From Dendrobates tinctorius (Eukaryota): a DNA stretch of 64,000 nucleotides. Position numbers and translations under genes: made by a program. This document shows, in pieces, positions 12,781 through 25,358 of this stretch. The notes beneath the pieces were generated by a model. That model was given only the letters and a program-made list of their open reading frames with translations, did no database searches and was not told the DNA's origin. The stretch covers positions 620,001 to 684,000 of the forward strand of contig NW_027362071.1 in assembly GCF_039654945.1 (NCBI RefSeq), given 5' to 3'. Position 1 is the stretch's first letter; every line of letters begins with the position of its first letter.

Positions 12781-14358
12781 TGAAACTAGCCGCAATGGCC
12801 TCTTATCTAAATAGGTTTCCGGATGGTGTAAATGCGGAACTGTTGTTGTCTGGTTTCAGAGATGGTTTTAGAATTCCTGACCCTCCTTTTGAGATTCCAT
12901 GGGGGCGGAAGAATCTCAGGTCAGCTGACCTGTTTGGTGGGGTGGTGTCGGAAAAGTTGGCAAAGGAAGTTCAGTTGGGAAGGATGTCGGGGCCGTTTAA
13001 GGATCCTCCGTTTGGGGATTTGGTCGTTTTGCCCCTGGGGGTGGTGCCGAAGAAAGAGCCAAATAAGTTTAGGCTTATTCATCACTTGTCTTTCCCTCGT
13101 GGTAGGTTAGTGAATGATGCAATTGATCCGGAAATGTGCTCAGAGGTGTATACGTCTTTTGATGAGGTGGCAAAGTTGGTCCGGAGGTGTGGAAAGGGGG
13201 CACGTTTGGCGAAAACTGATATCGAGTCGGCGTTTCAGTTGCTCCCGGTTCATCCAGAGAGTGATAGGTTGTTGGGCTGTTTCTGGGAGGGGGAATTTTT
13301 TGTTGATAGGTGTTTGCCAATGGGTTGCTCGGTTTTTTGAGGCGTTCAGTTCTTTTCTCGAATGGGTTGTCCGGAACGTGTCGGGTTTTGATTCCGTGAT
13401 TCATTACCTAGATGATTTTTTGTGTGTCGGTCCGGGTGACTCAGGCTGCTGTGAGAGGCTGCTTAGGGCTGTGGAGTGGGTGGCTGAGCGTTTTGGCGTA
13501 CCGCTTGCTCCAGGAAAAACAGAGGGGCCTTTTACGTGCCTGTCTTTTTTGGGAATCATGATTGATTCGGTGGCTTGGGAGTTCCGTTTACCGGAGGATA
13601 AGGTGGAGGCGTTGCGGGTTGAGGTGTCTCGAGCTAGACTGGTGAAGAAATTGTCATTGAGAGAGGTTCAGTCACTACTTGGTAAATTGAATTTCGCTTG
13701 TTGCTTTATTCCAATGGGTAGGGTCTTTTCTCGGCGTTTGGCGAGCTCCACGGCGGGAGTGCGGGCCCCACATCATTTTGTTTGACTTACCAGTGAACAT
13801 AAGGCGGATTTGGAGGTGTGGGACAAGTTTTTGGAGCAATATAACGGACGATCGTCGCTCATGGAAGAGGCAGATTTAAAGGAGGAGTTGGACCTGCTTA
13901 CGGATGCATCGGGTGGAGTGGGTTTTGGGGCGTATTTTAAGGGCCAATGGTGCGCGGCTGCGTGGCCTGCTGAGTGGTTTCAGCTAGGCCTTGTTAAGAA
14001 TATAGCTTTGTTGGAGATTTTTCCCATCTTGGTGGCGGTGAACCTGTGGATGGAGGAGTTTCGGAATAAAAGAGTCCGTTTTAATTGTGACAACATGAGA
14101 GTGGTGTGCTCCATTAACAGCTTGACTGCGTCCTCTCCTCCGGTGATTCGAGTTCTGCGGCAGCTTGTTTTAACTTGTTTATTGCTCAATGCTCATGTGA
14201 CGGCTTCTCATGTGCCAGGTATTAGGAATTCCATTGCTGATTCTTTGTCTCGTTCGCAGTGGGAGCGTTTTCGGACCTTGGCCCCGGATGTGAAGGAAGC
14301 GTGCCTGGAGTGTCCAGCCGGGCTTTGGAAGGTGGTCTCAGGGATGCAGAACCCCTAA
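12780..14358 (+). pseudogene. Reverse transcriptase + RNase H of the YR retrotransposon (frameshift near 13335, in-frame TGA at 13783)
   Basis: KFRLIHHLS, KTDIESAF, LPMG, HYLDDF; RNase H TDASG.GFG, LEIFPI, CDN, HVPG..N..ADSLSR. Confidence 0.9.
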
Positions 14359-15225
14359 TACGGGCATCTCTGTCTTCTGGTACTTGGTCGAGCTACAAGT
14401 CAGTTTGAAGTTCTTGGGAAAACTGGTTGGGGACACGTTCCTATGGCACCTCTGGGGAGGATCAATTGGGCGCGTTGCTGGCGTGGTTGGGTTTTGGGGC
14501 GGAAGAAGGTTGGTCGGTGTCTAGGGTGGGGAAGGTTAGGGCCGGTTTAGCTTTTGGATTTAAATTGCGGGGTCAAATTGATTTGACCAAGTGTTTTTTG
14601 GTCAGCCAGGCCATCAAGGGGTTCAGACGCCGGCGTCCACTGTCATTTGGTATCCTTGAACGGTTGGGGGCGGTGTTGGTCGATGTTTGTGTGTCTCGGT
14701 TTGAGTGTTCTCTTTTTTGGGGGGGCTTTTTCCCTTGCCTTTTTTGGGGCATTGAGGGTGGGGGAGTTGGTATCTCCGGGACGGTATTCCGGTGGGGGTT
14801 TGTTGGATAGGGACGTATTGGTGGGTGACAGTGGTTTGGAGTTTTGGATAAGGAGGTCAAAAACGGACCAGGAAGGTAGGGGAAAAAGGGTGGTTTTGGG
14901 TGCAGTGCCAGGATCTATGATGTGCCCGGTGCGCTGCTTGCAGGATTACAGGTCATGGCAACAGAGGGGAGAGGGGCCATTGCTGCGTCATGCTGACGGT
15001 TCCTTCTTGTCAAAGTTTCAGTTTGTGGCGGTTTTTCGTAAAGGTCTGGACAGATTGGGTATTGATGGGTCTAGGTTCGCTTCTCACTCTTTCAAGATTG
15101 GGGCAGCTACGGAAGCGGCAGTTGGGGGTTTGGGTTCAAAGGTGATACAGTGGATTGGAAGGTGGGAATTGGGACTTTATAGGTCGTACGTTCGCACTGG
15201 GGCTTTGGGTGCGGAGCTACATTGA
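14344..15225 (+). pseudogene. Tyrosine recombinase of the YR retrotransposon (stop near 14407, frameshift near 14715)
   Basis: FFGALRVGELV, RRSKTDQ, SHSFKIGAAT, GRW...Y..YVR motifs; catalytic HxxR appears as HSFK. Confidence 0.88.
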
Positions 15226-15286
15226 AAAGAGAACGTTGGGTTATTTTGTTTGCGCGTTGGTTAATGGTGGTTTTTTGTCATTGCAG

Positions 15287-15934
15287 GTTGCACTCCTTTG
15301 CTGGTGTGGATCCTGGGCCATTCCTTTGTGTATTAGGGAGCTCGGCGTGCGGATGTTCAGCGAGAAGGGCGGCAGCTGGGTTTTTCGCGAAGTGTGGCGG
15401 TAATCAGGTGGTTGGGTTTTAGGGGTATGGGTTGCAACAGGGTCTTGCAGGAGGTACGTATTAGCGCTAGGCTTGACAAGGACCCTGATATTTTAGTTCT
15501 TCATGCAGGGGGAAATGATTTTGGGGTCCGTCCTTTTCGTGAATTGGTCAAGGATATTAAGCATGATCTTCTACGGTTGTGGTTGTCGTTTAAGGGGTCA
15601 ACTGTGGTATGGTCGGAGATTGTCCCGAGAAAGACTTGGCGGCATGCGAGATCATTTGTCAAGTTAAATAGGGCACGGATAAAGGTTAATAGGGCGGTGT
15701 CCAATTTCGTGGTTAGGAATGGGGGGGGTGGTTCGGCACTTTGACCTGGAGAGAGGGAGTGGGGAGTTTTGGCTGGCTGATGGTGTTCATCTGAATGATG
15801 TGGGCATGGATTTGTGGGCATTGGGCCTACAGGACGGTATTGAGAGGGCCATAGTTTTTCGGTGTGGGGGGGTCTCAGGCAATCGAGGTTTTCAATTGCC
15901 TTCGTTGTGGCGTTTGGGGGAAGGGGGTCCTTGA
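15287..15934 (+). pseudogene. SGNH/GDSL-like hydrolase ORF of the element (TAG near 15334, frameshift near 15725, no initiating ATG)
   Basis: Block I WILGHSFV, block III LHAGGND, block V DGVHL. Confidence 0.8.
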
Positions 15935-16497
15935 AGTTGGTGCTAAATTGGTTTTGGGGGATCTGTGGTAATATGGATTCCTCAATGTTATTATCTGTGG
16001 TTTGGGTCTGGTGACTGGTGATTTGGGGGGACTTCCGGCAGTGGTTGGTCGGATCCCCAGGGATTAAGTGGACAGTGCAACCCCGATGGGGTTTTGGTGC
16101 TCCCGAGCCAGTGGGGTAACGGCCGGGAGTAATTTATGGTATGCGTTTGTCCACAAAAAAGTATTCTTTACGTTTTGGTCACCAGATTTGGGAGCTTCAA
16201 GGACCCTCCCAAGGTTGCATTTATATTTACAAATGTTGTACGTTACTTAAATAAAAGGCTGCTGTGGCCATTATATTCCATTCTGGTTTCCTGGTGTTAT
16301 TTGGGGCTCAGGGGGGTGGGGAGTGGACTTGGGATCAGTGGTTGGAAGAGGCAACTCAGCTGCACATCGCCAACTCCAATGTCATGAGGCGCCCAATGTC
16401 CATGCAGCTTTACACTAAGGAGACATACGGACTTCATGTCCCGCTGCATTGTGCCTCCATACTGTGCTATATGACAGAGATATTCTCCCATAGTAAC

Positions 16498-16774
16498 TAG
16501 TGATGAGTGAGCGGCTGGGATAAGGTGTTATCTGAGCATGCCCGGGTGCTATCCAAGTGTCTTCGGCGTGCTCGAAAAATATGCTCGAGTGCCCGCGGCT
16601 GCATATCTCGCGGCTGTTCGACAGGCGATCCCTGCATGTGTTGCGCCTGTCGAACAGTCGCGAGACATGCAGCCACGGGGACTCGAATACATTATTCGAG
16701 CACGCCGAGGACACTCGGCTAGTGCACAAGCATGCTCAGATAACACCTTATCCCAGCACGTACGCTCATCACTA
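16498..16774. mobile_element. hAT-like MITE (TAGTGATGAG..CTCATCACTA); other copies 58636-58946, 61963-62252, partial ~32990-33216
   Basis: Long internal palindrome; imperfect 8-bp TSD (atagtaac/gtaataac). Confidence 0.8.
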
Positions 16775-17011
16775 GTAATAACATATTAATGTGGCGTCTG
16801 ATGGCACAATATTTTACATCTGAGGTAACCTCTGTGTGATATGGGATCATATGTAGGTACAGTCGGGCCCCATAAACATCTATTGTTTTCTTATTACACT
16901 TCCATCTGCCACAGTTTTTATTCAGACCCCCATTCATTTAGTTGGAGCCCACCATTATTTTTTTTTTCTAATTAATGTAAAGGGGGATTCTGTTGTGGAT
17001 ATCCACATTAA

Positions 17012-17206
17012 GGCCACGTTCACACGTTCAGTATTTGGTGAGGTTTTTACCTCCGTATTTGTAAGCCAAAACCAGGAGTGGGTGATAAATCCAGATGTGG
17101 TGACGTGTTCCTATTCTAGTTTTCCTCCGATTGTTCCACTCCTGGTTTTGACTTACAAATACGGAGGTAAAAAAACTCACCAAATAGTGAATGTGTGAAC
17201 GTGGCC
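17012..17206. mobile_element. PIF/Harbinger-like MITE
   Basis: TAA-GGCCACGTTCACAC..GTGTGAACGTGGCC-TAA. Confidence 0.8.
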
Positions 17207-17955
17207 TAAGGGAGAAAATCTAAATCCCCATATTGGAGCTTTAATCCTCTCTATGGCTTGTCTTACCGCCCCCAAAAATTGGAAAAATGGCAATAAAGGC
17301 TCAGCATTGGCACCTGCTTACTGATAATTAATGACCCTAGCGTCCATGGTCATGGCGAAGGGTGTGCAGACACACGTCTCGTCTCGATATATAGGGATGA
17401 CTTTAGCCCCTTCAGCGGATCCATCGTGTCCCTGATAATGTTCCTCCGGTGTATGGAGTGTGCACAGCCATTGGTGTTTTTCAGGGTCGGCTGGTATCTT
17501 GCACATGAAAAAGTCATCTCACATCGCATGGAAGTACAATTTACTCTTTGGATCTTCTCAGCAGGACATGCATGAAATTTATTGAAATCCCATATACATC
17601 ACTGGTCCTATAAACTTTCTATGGACTTTCTGTCAATAAATTGCATTGTTTGCTTCCCATACTCAGTAGATTAATGTCAGCCGAACCTGGCACCATTCAC
17701 ATTAGATGAAAATTGACCAAATCCTCCGATATCGACAGAACTGGCTAACCATGGGACGTACATGGGGGCATACTGAGTCTCTCTAGACTGATTTAGGTTT
17801 GGGGAAAAAGGAGGGTGATTTAAACTTTAAAAATGTTTTATTTATTTTTTTGTTTCTATTTTAATTTTTTTTAACATTTTTTTTAAATTTTCCTTAGGAA
17901 ACAAACTTCCAATCACTATTACTGCACTACAGCTTGGGCCTCATAGGAAGAATAA

Positions 17956-18084
17956 CATGGCAGACCCGCAAGCCATGGCAGACCCGCAAGCCATGGCAGA
18001 CCCGCAAGCCATGGCAGACCCGCAAGCGATGGCAGACCCGCAAGCCATGGCAGACCCGCAAGCCATGGCAGACCCGCAAGCCAT
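17956..18084. repeat. 18-bp minisatellite (catggcagacccgcaagc) x7
   Basis: Near-perfect tandem copies. Confidence 0.95.
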
Positions 18085-20138
18085 GTCAGCCCAATGATCG
18101 GATCCATCAGGTGGGGTGGGGAAGATGGTTTCCAGACTGACGGCCTTTCAAAAGCAAATCTACCAATTCACCCCCCTTTTTCACCAAATATAAATAGCAA
18201 AATAATAATAATAGAAAAAAAAAAATCACATTTCATAATGCTGCATGCATACTTGGCGTGAGTGCAAATTGTCAAAACATCGGCTCGCACTCGGACCAAT
18301 GTTATTCACAGAGGCCATGCACATGTCCGATTGTTTTTTCTTGGACCACTCGAGGGGAAAAAAAATAAAAAATAAATTGCAGCATGCTTCATTTGCTTTC
18401 TATAACCAGATTGCACTTGGTCTGTGAAAAAAAAAAATTAAATTAAAAAAAAAAAAAATCGGACTCTACCCGGACGACACCCAATTTTCATGGACTGACA
18501 AAATGGAGAAATGAAGAAAAAAAAAAATATGAATACCACAATTGTTTTTCTGTCACCGCTCTGCTCTCTCCCCCAAAATGTAATAACAAGTGATCAAAAT
18601 GTCATATGTACCCCCAAAATGGTATCGATAAAAATGCCAACTTGCCACATAAAAAAAACAAAAACAAGCCAAGTTTTCACCCAGGTCCAGGTCTCAGAAA
18701 ATGGCCACACAAACCAATTTTTTTTTTCTGATTTATTATTACCCACTCAAATATATATTAAGTTTTCGATCTCCAGATCTGACCCAGAAAATCACATTAC
18801 TACATTATTTTTAGTGCCCTATAATAATAAAAAACAGTATCAGAACTGCGTTCTGTATTTTCCCACCATTACGCTGCACTTGGAATATTTTTCAGTCTAT
18901 TATACGGGCAAATGGCGTCATTCAAAACGACACAACACCTCACCTGGGGGGAAAAAAAAAATTTGACTTTGGACGACTATGTTTACAGGAATATATGAAA
19001 AAAATTATGGCTTTTCGAAGAAGAGGAGGTTAAAAAAAAAAAAAAAAAAAAAAAGAAAGCGCAAAAGTGAAAAATTGAATCCTTAAGGGGTTAATGGATC
19101 TAAATTCACCTGACACTGGGGATTTTTTTTTTTTAATCAGTTCTTGCATAACAGTGAATCTGGAATAAAGGAAATTTATCTTTCGCCCATCTCATAGTAT
19201 CAGTTAATATACCGAGCAAAGGTGAGAGAGGGGCAAGGGTTGATGTACTTGAGTGAGTGCCGGGTCACTGCTGCGTTCACATCCACAGCTGCGTCCTTGC
19301 TGTAAGTTCTTCCACAGAGGGGCGATGCTGATGGCCTGGGGGGGAATCTTGGGATAAAAGCAGATGATTGGTGTGGGCTTGAGTTACATTGAATGGCCGT
19401 GAGATCTGCAGCTCTGGTAAACCCGGATAATGCTGATCACAAGGAGAAAACTGCTGACGGCTAGAGACTGACTGCGGCAAGAGCTGCACTCCCAGCCTGG
19501 CTCTATCGCTACGTGCCGTAGTCCGGGCCGATCATCCTGATCACTACTTAGCGCTATAATAGACGTGTATCTGCCGTACGCTGTATTAACGTATTCCTTA
19601 TATAATGGCGCGGCACAGGATGCATTTTTGGGGCATTTACTAACTCTGTTTGCTAATTCTCTCTCCGCAATTTTATTTTAGATTGATTTTTTTAATGTAA
19701 TGAATGGCGTTATATAAATTTGGCACATAGACGTATTTTTGCTTTACCATATATTGCGTAAGTTTTTTTTTTGTTTTTTTTTTTATTTTTATACATTTTT
19801 TTTCAGAATAATATTACAGAAAAGGAAAAAAGTCCAAATCCTTCAATACAAGAACATGTTTCAACTTAATGACGTTTTTAACCTTTTTAATACTATCAGC
19901 GGTGCCTTTCTAAATAGCAAGGCTATGAGAGGGTTAAAAAGTTTCGGCTTTTCAGGTGCAGGATCCGTCCTCGAGCGCAGGCGGTTTTATGACAGTTTAT
20001 AGGATCCGCTTCGTTCCATATATTTTTGCCCTGCACATAAAGGGAAGGGTGCTACAAAAATTTGCAAAGTATCGGAGAACCTGTTACTAAAATTTCCTCC
20101 TTTTTGTTTCTTACAGGAAAGAACTGACCAGGAGGAAC

Positions 20139-20257
20139 ATGGACCTGGATGTCCTGAACATGTTCCTGATTGCCGGAGGGACCTTGATCATCCCAATATT
20201 GGCGTTTGTGACCTCTTTCTTCCTTTGGCCAGCGGCACTCATCAAGATTTATTACTG
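20139..20257 (+). CDS. ABHD6: Monoacylglycerol lipase ABHD6, coding exon 1 (acceptor at 20117; transmembrane anchor)
   Basis: MDLDVLNMFLIAGGTLIIPILAFVTSFFLWPAALIKIYY(W); donor GTAAGA. Confidence 0.96.
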
Positions 20258-22700
20258 GTAAGACTCCATTTTTCTCCGAGTGATTGCCCACCTGTAGACA
20301 GGTAATTATTTTCAGGTCCTGCATTCCGCTTTGGATAAAAGGAAGCTGTCGCCACGTCTTATCCGTATAAAGCATTATATATGTACACGGGAAGAAGTAT
20401 CGTCCTTCCTTTGCTAAAAGTAGGGATTTTACAATTTGGATTGACTATCCGAGACAGATCGTGCCTGTTCCATTGATGTGGATCGTTATGTCTGCTGGAT
20501 ACGCCCAGGGGACACTTAAATAATTGACACATGGTGCGGGATTTTATAGCCAAATGTTTGTAAATGTAAGGGCTCGCGCAGATAATTGTCTTTAACCGGA
20601 CGAGTGCTCTCCATGGTTTTGACAGATCGAACTCGTAGGCCGGGGTCAGACTTGCGAAAAACTCCGACAAGTCTTGCATCTCAATACCCGGCACTGCCAC
20701 CAGCACTCGGATCGGAGCGTTCAGCTGCTTCTATACATCTATAGAAGGTTCACTTTATTTAAAAAAAAAAAAAAATGTGGTCTAAAGTCCCTTTTATAGA
20801 CAAATTTAGGCTGTGTTTGCACATTGTAACCATAGTGTGTTTGTTTTTTTGTTTTTTTTGCTGTAGCAAAGAAAAATTACTATCTCAATTGCGGGAAAAA
20901 AACACAGCACCACTGCTGTAACGTATGAACACAGCTTTAAAGCAGTGTCCCATAATCCTACTTGTGCCTTTTGTTTTGTAACATCAATGCCTTGAATGAG
21001 CTGCATTTTTTTTTTTTTTTTTTTTGTTGTTGTATGGAATAATGGTTTTTGAAGATGCACACGCCGAGTGCCACCCTTCTTATGATGTACCAAACAAGAG
21101 CTGGAGGGCATCACTAATACAAGACCAAAAAACAAGAATATACCTACTAATACCATACAAATAAAGCTGTATAGTTGAAGAAGTACTGCGAAGAAAACAA
21201 AACAGGATGAAGTGGTCAAGACGGCCAACTATCGCAAAACACGGTGTAGCATTAACCCCTCCCAGGATGAGCTTTTGCCAAACAATACAAATGACCCAAA
21301 ATAAGGTGGCTAAAAAGTCTCATACAACCAGGACCTGGGAAGAGTGTCGCCCACGTGGAGCAAATCCTGCCTGGGATACCGATGGTGCTGTGTGTGAAAG
21401 GAATGGAGGAGGCAAGGGCACAGGAATGCCCAGGTTGTATGAGACGTGACCACTTCATCCTATTTATCCTATTTTGTTTTCTTCGCAGTACTTCTTCAAC
21501 TATACAGCTTTATTTGTATGGTATTAGTAGGTATATTCTCATCTCTTCTATATGCTGTATTTGTTTGACTTTGTCCTGCTTAAATGATATGTTCTTGGTG
21601 TAGCCAGGAGGGAATGAGTTAGTAGGGGCTGGGCAAGGGCATGGCCCTATTGTGGGTCATTGTATGGTTGTTCTGTTTTCTTTGCATCATGCAATTTTAA
21701 TGCTTTTAATCTTGCAGTGTTGTGTTGTCACTTTTAATAAAGATTTTGATATTATCTATTTGGTGATCCCTGTGATTTGCATCCTACTTTTCTTGTTTTT
21801 TTTGGTCTTCTTATGATGTACTTTGCACAATCATAATTGTGCCTGATTGCATGGTTTTGCCTCCCTGTGACTCCACAGGACAAGCATGCGCTTTCTAGTG
21901 CAGCGATTTCTATTATCACAACTTGTGGAAATTGTAGTTTCTCACTTTGAAATGGTAGTCATGTGTTGCCCTGCAGGACTGCCCAGTCTACACAGTAAAG
22001 CCTCATTCACACATCAGGGATTTTTCTCCTACGAGAAAAGCGATCAGAATTTCGCTGATGAGAGAAAAAAAGTTTCCCCACCTTCTATTTTATATTGGAT
22101 GACATCTGAGTGCTGTCTGTCTTTTATATATATATATATATATATATAATATTTTTTTTTTTTTTTTTTTTTTTTTTTCCTGAACCCATAGACTTTCATT
22201 GTCGAGTTTGACCTGACATAGATTAATATTAGACATGTCTCCATGATTTTGCACAGACCATCTGGTCCCCAGAAAATCATGGACAAGTGAACACCGCCAT
22301 AGACTGTCTGTGAAATACTGATGTGTAAATGAGCCTTCCATCAAGTAAGTGTGAGCCGGAGACTAAAAAACACTTTACCATGTTTGGGTAATAGTGAGGG
22401 GGTACGAGGGTTTTCGGAAAAATGGATGATTGTAGGTGATGACATTCCGACTACCAACAGCCACCATAAAAGTTATAATGGGCGCTTCTTGCATACTGGT
22501 AATTAGTTCAGTGGTGGACATTCACATTTAAGTTTTTAAGAAAAATTCAAGTAGGCACAATATAGCAGTATTATGTGGACACTATATGGCAATTTTTATG
22601 TGCGCTATACCTTCTTTCTCCAAAAACCAATGGCTTTTAAAAAGCCTTTTCTGGGCCTTGCCATAAAAAGAGGCTAAAAATCCATTTGGATATATTGCAG

Positions 22701-22857
22701 GTACTGGCGCAGGGCGTTGGGGATGCAGCTCAAGTATGTCAGCTACGGGAACTACAAATTTTGTTACACATCCCGAGGACGACCGGGGCCAAAGCCATCC
22801 ATCCTCATGCTACACGGATTCTCTGCTCACAAGGATATGTGGCTGGCTATTGCCAAG
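22701..22857 (+). CDS. ABHD6: ABHD6 coding exon 2
   Basis: YWRRALGMQLKY..KPSILMLHGFSAHKDMWLAIAK; AG/GT boundaries. Confidence 0.96.
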
Positions 22858-23245
22858 GTGAGTAACCTCTTTTTCGTGTATACTTTGTCTCACTAGTCAA
22901 CCATAGGGTTTCTTAAGAAAGGTCTCATTTTGAATCCCTACTTTGGACACTAGCTTTCTCCATGGGAGTCAAGGAAACCACTGTCTCGGAAAGATACATG
23001 GCTCTTAGAGCAACAGCTTATATGCTATGGGAGCAACGGATTGGGCATGTTCAAATCCAACATGTCCGATCCCTCTTTATCGAGAGATATTTGACAGGCC
23101 ACCGTACACATGAGATTGTCAGATGCTTTCATTCATATTGGTATTTATGTTTTCATGGGTAAGTCCAGAATTGAGGCAGCTGTTATGCTTAAACATGTTT
23201 CAAAATTTTGCTTTAACTCCATAAATCTTTCTTCTTATCCCACAG

Positions 23246-23359
23246 TTCCTTCCGAAAAACCTGCACCTAGTTTGTGTGGATATGCCTGGTCATGAGGGAA
23301 CCACACGCTCGGCGTTAGATGACTACTCATTCAGTGGTCAGGTGAAAAGGATACACCAG
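23246..23359 (+). CDS. ABHD6: ABHD6 coding exon 3
   Basis: FLPKNLHLVCVDMPGHEGTTRSALDDYSFSGQVKRIHQ. Confidence 0.96.
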
Positions 23360-24594
23360 GTATATGTTGTATGTCATGAAGAATCCATTTTGTGTGCATC
23401 GTGTATATTGCCATCCATGGTATAAACGGAGTCCCCCAAAGTGCATATTTAAATGCTATAGTGAACTGGGCCCCTTAAAAAATGTAGGGGCGACACAGTT
23501 TGTCTCCCCTGTACTTCCTTTACCTGGGTAAAACATTTAAATCAGTAGTATGACCTCCAGTGATCAGCAAATTATTTCCGCTCTTATGTTATGTTGGTAG
23601 AAACTCATTATAGATTTATTAGTGTTATACTATACTTCGTTGACTATTCTTACAGAGCCCCTTTAATTTTGGTCTGAATATATGCTGTATGAAAAATAAA
23701 GCTATTTCAAACTTATATACTTATTATAATGTACAATAATCTGAATTTTCGGAGGACAGTTGACCCCCTAAGATTAGTCCAACCTTGACAGATGCTGGCT
23801 ATCCATGCAAAAGTGTTGCCGAACGTATTTTACAAATGTAAATGCAAAAGTGAAAGCCTAGATACAATCACATTAACAGCACTTTGATAAATTGCACTTG
23901 CGGATAAACACATGTCACACTCTCGTTTCGGAGATATGCCACTGCTCTCTAATTCTTTTCGAGATTAAAATCTTCCCTGTCATGCTGCGCGTAAGATGAT
24001 TACATTCCATCTGCTTCATCTTTTCACTTAATAGAAGGAATCAAAAAGCTAAGACAAAATCACAATGACTTAAAAATACAATAATCCCTATTGACCGTCC
24101 GATATAGCGTCCTTGTTATTACGTGACACGTGTTCCGCAATAAGTACTGTGAGATGAACCAGTATACATAGGAAAAGCAAATGGAAAGAAAGTTTTAAAA
24201 AAAAAAAAAAAGGTACTTTTAATAAATGGAGATTAAATCAGTGTTGAAAAAAAAACTTTTAGGGTGTGTGCGGATTTTGCTGCGGATCAGCAGCAGATTT
24301 GCCTCTGCGGATCCGCTGCAGAACTGCAAGCAAGATACAGTACAATGTTAACCAATGGATTTTAAAAACCGCAGTGCACATGCACAGTCCGCAACATGTC
24401 AATTCTTCGGATTCCGCAGCGGTTTGACACCTGTTCCATTGTACAGGTGTCAAAACGCAGGGGCAAATCCGCAGGTAAACCACAAGTCATTTTACTTGTG
24501 GACTTATCTGCACTGTGTGCACTCACCTATACTGTAAAGATTGGAGAAGAGGTGCTTGGCACACATTCTGGTCAATCTGTAAAAGGGTGCGACC

Positions 24595-25358
24595 TGTTAT
24601 GATTAAGTCACCGTAGGAGGCAAAAACAGAAATGCAAGCTAAGTCCAGAAAACCAGAGAGGTTGGCAGCTATCGGATTGCAGACCCCTGAACCTATCAAC
24701 ACAACTAGCAGTAGCCGTGGGGGGTTCCTACGATGCCCTAGACCCCTCGATCACAGCCGGAGGACTAGATAGCCTAAAGACAGAAAGGGAAATCTAAACT
24801 GCCCCAGAGCAGACCCCAAAGCAAAAGGCAGCCCCCCACATATAATGACGGTGAAGAAAGACTGAGCAAAGACGGGGCCCAAGCTAACTAGATAGGAAAG
24901 GACAGGAAGGCTGCTGTCTGCAATCCGTGAAAAACCCTATGAAAATAAGAGCCAACAGACTGACAGTGAAAAAGGGACTGAAGACGCTAGGCTTCAAAAA
25001 GACTATGTCAGTACTCAGGAATATTCTGAAGACAGAGCAACCGGCAAAAGGAGATTCAGCTCACCCCAGCAGGGAATGGCAGAATCCAGAAAAGCAAGGC
25101 AAACAAAAACAAAACACAAAGGCAAAGCAGAAAACTTAGCTTTAGAGGAGCAGGAATCAGACTGGTGTCCTAGAAGTCCACAGAGAAATCACCCGCAGGG
25201 CAGAAGGGCGTCGGCAGCCTTATATCCAGTCAGTGACTCCACTCAGCCAGTCATCATCATTAGGCTCTGGTGCCTGATAATCAGGCTCATTACCTTCCTT
25301 TACCAGAATAGGGAGTTCACCAGACCTTAGAGACGAAGGGGAAAATGAACTCGCAACA
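24595..25358. mobile_element. Solo LTR family B (TG..CA, 6-bp TSD gcgacc/gcggcc)
   Basis: TGTTATG..GCAACA ends; homologous to 48337-49132 in opposite orientation. Confidence 0.75.

Larger units (their letters stand above)
10802..16387 (+). mobile_element. Ngaro/DIRS-group tyrosine-recombinase retrotransposon, near full length, decayed (ORF1/gag, RT, RNase H, YR, SGNH hydrolase)
   Basis: Domain order gag-RT-RNH-YR-SGNH; AATAAA at 16250; TCATGA at both ends; several stops and frameshifts. Boundaries approximate. Confidence 0.9.

Noticed and set aside
17919-18140. CRISPR-like or repeat-protein ORFs (WLAGLP)n and (WQTRKP)n
   Set aside because: Plain 18-bp tandem repeat without spacers, in eukaryotic DNA
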